Positions 53,870-64,000 of a DNA stretch of 64,000 bases are shown here, piece by piece; position 1 is the stretch's first letter; every line of letters begins with the position of its first letter. Below the pieces are notes generated by a model. The model made no database searches and was not told the origin of the DNA. It saw nothing but the letters and a program-made list of their open reading frames with translations. The translations under genes were made by a program, and so were the position numbers. The DNA is from Nymphaea colorata. Taxonomy: Eukaryota. Location: the NCBI RefSeq assembly GCF_008831285.2, contig NC_045138.2, forward strand, positions 28,272,001 to 28,336,000. The letters are read 5' to 3'.

Positions 53870-54382
53870 TAGGGTTGAACACTAGCCGAGTCGACCTTGC
53901 GTTCAGTCAACTCAAGCTCGGCTGAATTAATGAAACCTCGATCTAGACTCGGCTTGAATTCAAGAATAGCTTGACTCAGCAGTTACATGTTGAACTCGAG
54001 CTCGACTCAATTAAGGCTCGATAAACTCGTTTGAATAGAATTAATATTCATCGTTACGTGTTGAGCTCGAGATCGGCTCGATTAAGGCTCGACAAACTCG
54101 TTTGAATAGAATTGATATTCATCGTTACATGTTGAGCTTGAGCTCGACTCGATTAAGGCTCGACAAACTCGTGAACTTGTTTGAATATATCGACTTGATT
54201 AAGGCTCGACAAACTCGATTAATGCTCGAGCTTGACTCGGCAGTTACGTGTTCAACTCAAACTCAACTTGATTATTTGAACCAGTCGACTTATGAACTCC
54301 AGCTTGACTCATTAAGCAAATGACTCGGCTCGAACTCGTTCACGAGCTGAGCTCGAGTAGCTCGACTCATTGTTCACCACTA
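53870..54382. mobile_element. hAT-type MITE, gagctcga-rich family
   Basis: TIRs tagggttgaaca / tgttcaccacta (10/12 complementary), 8-bp TSD tttgtaat / tctgtaat (7/8), internal tandem subrepeats. An 8-bp TSD is typical of the hAT superfamily. Confidence 0.85.
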
Positions 54383-57300
54383 TCTGTAATGCCTTACTTT
54401 AAGAAGTCTAGTTTTGTATTGAAGATTGTGAGAGTAGCTTATAAATGAGGTTGTTAAATGGTTGATTATCTTAGTTTCTATCTTTTTTGGGATTAACTGG
54501 GTAAAGAGTTCTGCAAGAGTTTTAGAGAAATAAGAAAGGAACAGTTTCGCGCTGAAGTTCTATGAGCTAATTAATATCTTCTAATGTGCCACATTATTAA
54601 ATATGTTTACATTCTGTTGCACCTGTTCTATGAGCTAAATATTTTTGGCTGATTCATAACTAATTCACTTACATGGGTCCACTATACTCTGATTGGGGTC
54701 GGTAGCCAATTTTACAATACGACCAAGATCTCCCCCCTGTCTGAATATTTGGATTTGTCACTTCAAAAACAAATTTAGATCCTACGAGATTGGATAGAAA
54801 TGAGTCTGAATTCAAATAAGGCGAGGACTATACATATTAACGACATATAATCTTGTTAAATTTGATAGAGTTCAAGCACAATAATATACATACCAATAAT
54901 ATATCTACCTTGTTCCGGAATGAGACTCGATCCCTCAAACATTAAGATACATTTATATGCGGTTGGATCTTTATCAGATCCAGTCAGAAATGAATTTCGA
55001 ATTCAGCTTTGTAATGAAACCACATACCCAATCTGAATCTGCTTAATAGCTAGGTCCAGATCTTTTTACCAGATCCAACAAACTACATACACTTTTATAT
55101 TCACATGCAACACCAGCTTTGATCTGTGGTCGTATCTGACTCATTGGCAGCCTTTGCATAATGCAGCCCATGCGCTCTACGTCATGCTTAGACAATTCAA
55201 TACGGGCAAATTGGATCTAGATCGTGCAAATGGGACCCATATTAGTAGATGGGTCTGACCAAGTTCTTGGCCCTTTTCCAGGTGTGTCCCGACTCCCGAA
55301 TCAAACAAAAGCCTGAAACGGATCCAAGAACTAACAACGACTGCCACTGGGACACGTAGTTCCGCCCAATATGGATGTACGTACGCCCCTGATCGGTGCT
55401 CTTGCTTCAACATTTTTATTTTATGATGTTGCTAACTTTATAATAAGTAAAAATTTAAAAGATCATGTGGTATTAACAAAAAAATATGTTGAAAAATGAA
55501 TTTCTTTTATTTAACCACCTAAGTTCGCACAAGGGAAGTGATCAAATGAAAGCAATTCAAACCTCAGGTGCTTAATTTTGTTTGTTGTCTCGAACTTTTT
55601 TTGACAATATGAAAAAAAACAATGCAAACTAAGTACATCTTTCACGTAGCAAAACTCATATAAATGAAGTGTCTATCTATCCTGCCTGCAGGCAGATGCC
55701 CCATCCTTCATTAGAATTGAACGTCACATCCTACATGGTCTTTTACATTAAGTTTGTAACTTGACATTTAATTATATATATGTATTATGTATTCCAAGAA
55801 CATAATGTTCTTCTTATCAAACACCACATAACTCTTATCACTGGATGTCAAGTCTAATCATCGACACAAGCAAAAACAGCCCATGTGTCTAATGGGGTTC
55901 TCGGACCCACCAAGCCCTGATTCACATGGTGTTCCATAATAGAATACGGTGGGTAGATCACTAGGCATGCTAACTCTATCTTCCCAAGAGTTGATTCCAG
56001 TATTAATGTCACGAATTAAACAATAAAATGGACTGTGGCGCCGCTGATTCTTTAGAATTTCGAAGCTGTGATCTCTCAATGATTTGTGAGTAATCAATCA
56101 AGTCTACTGAAACGGCTAACAAATCATAGCAATGAATCTGAAACATCTCTAACATTCAATGGCGTAAACAAAGAGTTTGAAGTTTGCTTTGAACCACCAC
56201 GTTGCAGTGACCGCCGTTTGAACTTGAAAAAAAAAAAAGACACCTGTTCTTACATTTAAAAGAAAATCTTCATGTGCAGATTTGTGCTTTGTCTTTATCT
56301 GATCGGTGACTGCTCTGTTTCTTTTGGATGCTGGGACGTTCAGTCGCTCATTGGTTTCATTATAAGGCGACAACCATGGATCAATCCATGTCTGTAGTTT
56401 TAAAAAAATGGAAAATAAAAAATACACATATATAAATGTTCCTAATATGCTCTTAATATAATATGAATTGCTGGGTATTGAAGAATATAAACTGCCATTG
56501 TACATACAGTCAATGGCTTACAGGTAACAGTGAAGGTAGATCCGGATGGATCTGAACGGAGCACGACCCGTTTGATCTCAAACAATGAGACATGTTCACG
56601 CAGGGATGCCCCAAGGAGATGAACCCTTTTGCGCTCTCGGGGAGCAGACCGACGTACTGTGGGGTCCAATTCTGCTCCCCCCTTCAGCCCATGCCTTCTC
56701 CAGGCCACGTCATCACCTCCCATCGGCCCAAGTTGTTAACATGGGCTCGTCCATGGCCTTTCACACCGAACGCAGGATATATATATATATATATATAAGA
56801 AATTTGAATGATAATTCAACCATTTAATCAGAATCAAAAGTTAAAAGAAAAAGAATGTGATGAATATTTTCATTATTTAACATTAGTTTATACCTTTTCT
56901 TTTTTATGTTTTTCTCTCAACCATTCATGTATAACAAGGGACGGCCCCTAATTAAATGGTTAAGTAACTTGTAAAAGTTACCATTTACTTACTTTTATAT
57001 ATATATATATATAGCTAGTGACAAGCAATCCATTTGAATGAGCTACATATCAAATCATTACAATTGATGTCGGATCTCAGAGAAAGATTTTTGAAAAATA
57101 GATTTTTACGGTTGGATAAAGAATCAAACGTATTTAAACGTTCATGTTATTCTATAGTTCCTTGAAAAATGAACTAAACCCAGGGGAACTTCATTATATT
57201 TCAAAAAAGGCGGAGGTAATCAAGAAACTTTGAGTTAATCAAACAAAATGAAATTAATGAAATCAAAAGATGCTTTGTTCTAGTTTTGTTTAATTGTTTC

Positions 57301-59649
57301 TCTACCACCCTCTCAGTCTTGTTTAATTGTTTCTCTGCCACTCTCTTGCTATATTAATAACTATTGGCTATTGTTTCTCGATGGTTTGATATTCTCGTTT
57401 ATGAGTTTTTTTAGCAAGGAAAAGCTGTTCGGTCATGATCAAAGTGAGTTTTCTAGGCCTTTGACTGATGCCATCGGAAGCAAGGGGTCGATTCCGGTGA
57501 GTTTCCCGGCCGGCGGTGATGTCAACCAAACCCTACGATGAATTGGATCTTGGTCCAGCCTCTAGACGTTTCATGCCAAAGCGGCATCGCCAGGCAAACT
57601 TTATCTGCCTCCACTAAGTTTATGTTCTTGCATGCACGTTGCTTTGTAAAACCGAACTGGACGCATCCGACTGATTTCATTCGATTACAGTGTTTTCTTA
57701 TTGACATTTACAAGCCATGACCCTTAGACATCTGCATATTCGATGCACAACCCTTATTTTATTACTCAGAAATAGTTCATTCTCTTTCTCTCTCTGTCTC
57801 TCTCACTCTCACACACACACACTCTTTCTCACACACACATCGAGAACCAATTGATCAAGCAGGTGTTGTAACCATGTTTCTCCAAAGGTCTTATATACAG
57901 CAAAACTGTCTGCTTATGCATGCATGCATGCATGTAAAATGCACGATCAAAGAGGGAGGTGACCGGAGGGGCAGAAAATAAGATGGTAGGTCCGGCATGG
58001 TTCTACCAAAAGTTGAATTGAATGTGCCCTTAGAAGATTGACTTCATTTTAAAGTTGGTCATATTGGCGATGTATATTTCTTTTTTCCCAACACCAGATA
58101 AATAACGTGTACCGTAGGACCACCCAGGTTCGAAGCAGCAGGAGAAGCTGAGGTGGCTTTTGCCTCTCTCATGCCACCTGCAACAAATAAGAATAGTATT
58201 TTTTGGAAGTTATAAAAATAAATGAAAATATTTTTAAGCAGCAGTACTGCCAGTATGTGATATTTCCTTTTTTTTATTATTATTTTGTCTAGCATGGCAC
58301 AATTTATGTTTTACTCAAATGAAAAAATAATAACAAGAAACTGCCTTTCTTTTCCATATGCTTTTGTAATTTTTAGCTTTTCTTTTTCATGATTTATAGT
58401 TTAAGATTCTGTGTTTTCCAGATAAGGCTATAAAGTGCTAGAAACAAAAGAGAAACGGTATCCAAAGCTCTAGGCGTTTTTACTTGTGGAGATTACTTAC
58501 GGAATTTCTACGTATGCAGAAGGATTGCTTACTTATGCAGTTCAAATATAATATGAAAAGTTGCATATGATTGAGCGTTTGAGATGGCATCTAAATAAAA
58601 TAGTTCTACTTTAGCTGAATGTTTTACGTTACATTTAGTCACCCAAAATATGGTTTCTAGCCCGTTTTGGCAATTCATCTACAACGCCGGACTCTTATAA
58701 TACCGATTTAAATGTTAAAGGAAAATCATAAAAATTTGCTACGCAGATTATATCGTTAGATGCCAAAAATGAAAAAAAGTAATAATAATGTCACAAATTG
58801 TGATTGTTTACACGTCAAAGTTTCATGATTTTTCTTTTCAAATCTATGGCTTTGGACAATTAACCACATAAATGTAGTCAGATTTTGAAAAACAGTCACA
58901 ACTTGACCAAAAAATGCTGGACAATCACAATATGCGTCGCATAATCATCATGTACGTATATGTTTATTATGTTCGACACAAGACCATAACCACAAATATT
59001 AATCCTTACTTCCTACCCCTTGTTTCCTCTTTGATCTCCTCAATGAATGCGATTAATTAGGAAGATGGGGAATACTTAGACTTGGTGTGGGGGTTGCAGA
59101 CAAATCAAGTATATGTCAAGATAAAAATTCATAAATTGAGATAGCTAAGACCCTTATACTAGAGATTTTGTAAAATTCAATTTATATATCTGATTTCATT
59201 CTTCTCTTTTGAATTCCATAATTTTTTTTTTTGTATTTGTAGAAAGCAAATTAAACTTGTAACAAAAGTGAGATATTATTGAACATTGGCATGAGAGGAG
59301 AGGGGAGAAATAAACACAAGAGTCAAAGTCATTAAGGTTAGTTGTTCTCAGAAACTAATATTTTTGCGTGTGTAGTTAAACTAAATCCTAACTACGTGCC
59401 CTTGGTCAGGCAAACACAAACAACTCTCCCTTCTATCTTTATGTACGTTGGTAGCTCCTCACAACTACCAACTCCCCTCGTTGTTCTTATGTTTAATAAG
59501 AAGACACATATAAAGATTTGTTTGAATTGTCTATACAGCTAGTTGTTATAAGGATTTAGTTGCCCTTTTTCTCTTAACAACCGATACTAGTGAGACAGCT
59601 AAGCTATCTCCTTACTTCATTCAATCTTTAACAGGTCTCAATGTTGCTC

Positions 59650-59652
<3 letters not shown>

Positions 59653-59688
<36 letters not shown>

Positions 59689-59712
59689 GAGGACGAGAGA
59701 GAGAGAGAGAGA
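59653..59712. repeat. (AT)n and (GA)n microsatellites
   Basis: Direct reading. Other (AT)n at about 56777-56797 and 59909-59935; (GA)n at 47714-47741. Confidence 0.9.
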
Positions 59713-59905
59713 CAATGAGGAAAACCAGTTCTATTTTGAGACTGGTTTCTTAGGTCAATTTCTTGGATCCACCATTAATTTTATAATGATGAAGATGATG
59801 ACTGTAGAAAAGAAAAAAAAAAAAAACATATTAGATAACAAGATCAAGTAGGTGAAAGGGTGAAGAAGAAAAGACAGCGAAAACCCAGGTTTAAAATATG
59901 AACAG

Positions 59906-59936
<31 letters not shown>

Positions 59937-60656
59937 ACCTGAACTTCTATTGGAGCCTAAAGCGGGATTTTAGGGCAGGAATCATTTTGCAAAAAATACT
60001 ACAATTTTCATACGAAAAATATACGAATAAGCTTTATTTCTAATTTTAAATCATAAAGGAAAAGTCTCCGCTCAAATTTTCTTAGATTTTTTTGGCAACT
60101 TTGCATGATTTTCCTTTCTTCTTTCTCTACTAATATTTTGTTTTTTTTTTATTAAAAAGGTTGGTATTATGATTAGCTTCTTATTATTTTAATTAAACAT
60201 TCGATGCCACCATCTATTTAAAAAATCACTACCAACCAAACCATCTCCACTTTTCGTCTAACTGGACAACTCATTTCGCATCATTGGCATCTATTCCGTT
60301 GCAATTAAAAAATGTAAATATCAAGTTATAAATAACTTTACAAAGAGGCAATTGTTCTTTAAAAAATAACGAGCCAAATGCGGTTTAGTCATATTTAATT
60401 ATTCAAAAGCTGCACTTGATGGCAAAATTTAATTATTAAGTAGTGAACGTAGTAGCAAAGTTATAATAATATGCGATGAACATGATTCGGGCTGAACCCG
60501 AGTTGGAGTTCGGCGGAGCCGCTCGCGGGCAGCTCCTTGATCTGCCCGGCTGCCCCCACAAGAGCTGGATTGAGGTCAATCATTGGTGATCCTGCACGCC
60601 ATGGCCGGGTTAGATTAGATTATATTAGATTAGATTTGCCTTTCATTACCCAAATC

Positions 60657-60990
60657 TAGGGCTGCACACGAGCCTAGTCCAGCTCGAATTTGGGCTGCAC
60701 ACGAACCTAGTTGAGCTCGAGTTCGACGCGACTAAGAAAACTCAAACTTAAACTCAATAGAACAAGCTCAAGCTCGACTTGATCCAACATCGGGTTCAAA
60801 CTCGACTCATTTAACTTGTTTATCTTAATCATGTCTCATTTTTTTTTAACTTGTTAACTCGTTTAAGTCTATGAACACATTAATTTGTTATTCTGAGCCG
60901 AGTTCAGTTCTTACAACTCAACTTATTTAACATTTCAAACTTACATTTTGAACTCGAGGTCGAGTTGGTTGGACTTGTTGTGCAGCTCTA
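60657..60990. mobile_element. hAT-type MITE, gagctcga-rich family
   Basis: TIRs tagggctgcaca / tgtgcagctcta (11/12), degenerate 8-bp TSD cccaaatc / ctccaatc (6/8), and an internal duplication of the 5' end (gggctgcacacga twice). Confidence 0.8.
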
Positions 60991-62297
60991 CTCCAATCCC
61001 CTTTAGTGTGCAGATTCATTGCCGGGGTGATAGGCTGCCCATTTCAATTAATTGGTGGATGAAAAAAAAAATGTCTTTTTTTTAAATAAAAACTACAAAA
61101 AATTTTAAATATTTTTTTAAAATAATTAAACGAAATCATTTTACCATTGAATCTTTTTGAATTGACTGATGCACCGATTTGATGTAAGTTTAAAAATCTT
61201 CAAGATTCTTCGACATCCAATACATTAAGATGAGACCTTTTGAGAGTTAGAATAAAAAAGGCTGGATCCTATTTCTGGCATAAGATCCTTATTTGGTAAA
61301 CCATGAGTTTTCTTGTCACATCGGCAAAGTTCTACTGCATTCAGAACAACCAATTGGTAGGTCTAGAAAAAGTTCAAATTCCCCAAAGAGTATAAAGCAT
61401 TGGCTAAAGTTGAACAAACCGTGTCCCCAGTGGGCTCGATTCCACCACTCCCACAGGTCGAGGTGGGTCAAGGATAGCTGACAAAACCGGATGTTCTATT
61501 TAATCGGGCCGCCTGGGTCCGGGCAAGGTAGGTCGTTGGCGTGGTGTGAGCTGGGTGTGAGCTCAGAACCCATCCTTTTGGTGCTTTGTTTGTGGGTTGG
61601 GGCCCTTTAAAATATGGGTGGTGTAGGTCCCTTTAGAGAGAAATACAATATGAGTTGTCAGTCAAAGTCTAACATGGAACTGGGTTTGAACATTGAAGGT
61701 GGACTGTTAAGCACCTAGATTGGAGTTCACATCCACTCAATTAGAACCTAAGAAATTCAAATCCATTTTGCAATTTTGTTTGGGTGTGCATGAAGGTTGC
61801 TTTAACGGTTTTTGAGAAGGTTGTAGGCAGTCAGTTCTTAAATCTTTATGCTATAACAAAAGAGTCGTCGACATGCAAGTTGAAGCATAGTGAACTCCTA
61901 CTCATCCATGAGGTCCGCTACAGTGAACCGGATCGGGTCAAATGGATAAGCAAACCGGACCAGTGGGCGCTCACGGCCTGAGGCTCTCCGGCTCACAGGT
62001 GCCACGTCAACTATATTCAACGTAACCACGTCAGACGGAGACAGTCGAGAGAGATGGTTGCAGCCTGGCTGCCGGAACAGGTCACCGGCGGGGCCCACGG
62101 GAAAATGGTAGACGGGTCAGGGACCCCACAAGGCGGGTGTCAGGGCTTCTCTTCCCCCGGTCTCCTTCTATACAAGAAGCGCTTCGGAGGACCGGAACTC
62201 GATCGGGAGGTGGGAAGGAGTAGGACCCTGATCGGACGAATTAATCCGGCGCCGGAATAGGTAGCAGGAAGGAGGAGGAGAATTCGCCACAAGAGCC

Positions 62298-62950
62298 ATG
62301 GACCCGTGCAGGTTTGTGCGCATCACCGTATCTGGCCTCGCCCTTAAAATGCCGGCCACCCTGAGGCCGTCGCGCTCCGGAATCCATCCGTCGGCCACGC
62401 CGCCGTGCTACTGCGAGATCCGTCTTCGTGGTCTCCCAACGCAGATGGCGACGGTCCCGCTCGTCTCTCCGGACACTCCCCCGCCGGACCCGGGGGCGTT
62501 GGCCGCCGGCTTCCACTTCGAAGAGGCCGACCTCCGGCGACTCGCCAGCCGGGGGTGGCTGCGATCATCGGGATCCGCCTGGCTCCGCATCTCCGTCTTC
62601 ACCGGCAGGAGAAGCGGCACGTGCGGAGGGCCGGGGACGGGGAAGTTGGTGGGACACACGTGGGTGGAAATGGAGCTGGAGGGAGTGGGGGAGCGGCCTC
62701 GCGTGTTCAAGAGCGGTTGGGTGAAGATCGGAAAAGGCGGGAAGGCGGCGGCGGAGGGAAAGGAGGAGCAGGAGGAGGAGGAGGAGTTATCTCAACTGCA
62801 CCTGGTGGTCCGAGCCGAACCGGACCCCCAGTTCGTCTTTCAGTTCGGCGGCGAACCGGAATGCAGCCCCGTCGTGTTCCAAATCCAGGGCAACATCCGG
62901 CAGCCGGTCTTCAGCTGCAAGTTCAGCGCCGACAGGAATTCGAGATCTCG
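62298..62950 (+). CDS. First exon of a plant DUF1005-type protein (remaining exons not seen in the window)
   Basis: MDPCRFVRITVSGLALKMP...GIHPSATPPCYCEIRL...FTGRRSGTCG...LHLVVRAEPDPQFVFQFGGEPECSPVVFQIQGNIRQPVFSCKFS, then donor TCG|gtgag at 62950/62951. Confidence 0.88.
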
Positions 62951-64000
62951 GTGAGCTTCTCTTCCTGTTCTTGCTTCATATTATTTTCCCTGATATTTCG
63001 GGTCCTTTCTGGACGGCCTTCGCTTTTCCGCCAGCCGCTGGGGCAAGGGTACTTTTGTCAATTCTTTAGACCGCCGGCTTGACGGTGATGTTTTCATGCT
63101 GCGTTAGATTCGCAGCAGCGCTTTTCAAATCTCAGCATCGTGATCTTCTTGCTAAGCAAAAGTCCGGCAATTTGGCATAACTTGATCTTGAAACATTCTG
63201 TTTGGAAGCTAGGAACAGTTTTAGATGATCTCACGTTCCGAAATTATTGCCATAAGCCATGATGAATACCGCGATATTCGTGGTGTGACGTGCGTTTGGC
63301 TTGTAGACCATTAATAGTTTTGCTTGGAAAACGCTGACAAAGTTCATGAACATGGTCCCGTTTCGCGGATGCCTGGCCATACAACGGAGTTTTGCAAATT
63401 TATGAACTTGGTCATGCCTTGGTCTCGTCCATCGTGATTGCAGTTCCTGTTTGGAATTTGAGGCCTTATCACGCCGGATCGTGTAAAGAAGCAGGTCACT
63501 CAAGCAGCATAATCGTATGAGAAGAAAACGAGCCCCTCGTTTGATGAAAAAATATTAGAGCTTTTTTTCAATATATATATATATATATATAATATAATAT
63601 AACTAAATAAAATTGCCAGCCCGTCAGCACCAATTGGTCGCGACATTGGGCAGGGGACCATCCGTAATGGCATTTTCATGGCAGTACCTAAATAATTTTT
63701 CAATCCGCACAGGCGCCCCCATGCATGTTATCGACATCGTGCGTATCGGTGAATATATATGACAGTTTGAATGGTGGCATTTTCAAACCACCTAGCCATT
63801 TCAGAACGAAAATTGACAGTTAAGGGAAAACAATATAAAAAATAATAATAGGCATTTATGTCATGTCATGTAGTATTAGTTCACCTCTTTTTTCCTTTGT
63901 TTTATATGTACTGATTCAAATCGATGGCCATGAGTGATTCTGGATATCACCATAGTCGCCTAAGAATTTTGCATGTTTAAGGTATATGTGAGCGATGAAA

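Noticed and set aside
53930..54330. Regularly recurring ctcga-rich units resembling a CRISPR array
   Set aside because: Eukaryotic context, no unique spacers and no cas genes. They are internal subrepeats of a TIR/TSD-bounded MITE.
62344..63082. Overlapping alternative-frame ORFs (225 aa and others)
   Set aside because: Shadow frames of the GC-rich DUF1005 exon.

Overview
Eukaryotic nuclear DNA from a flowering plant: GT-AG spliceosomal introns, CT/AT microsatellites, MITEs and TTTAGGG telomere-type repeats. Reading exons by hand gives eight protein-coding genes: chloroplast YbeY endoribonuclease fused to a Cof-type HAD domain (+, 12 exons, one GC-AG intron), OXS3-like (-), ENOD93-like (-), a GH17 beta-1,3-glucanase with X8 domain and probable GPI tail (+), Derlin-1 (+), two tandem profilins (-), and the first exon of a DUF1005-type gene (+, incomplete in this window). 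Non-coding sequence holds hAT-type MITEs and many short local tandem duplications. I see no clearly novel multi-gene system. The most notable signals are two short interstitial telomeric arrays at local duplication junctions inside introns (possible telomerase-associated double-strand-break repair scars), several decayed protein-like reading frames with no recognisable host gene (candidate endogenous viral or organellar insertions, unverified), an exact ERSE motif upstream of YbeY, and a divergent profilin paralog. All identifications are from motif recognition; no database searches were run.
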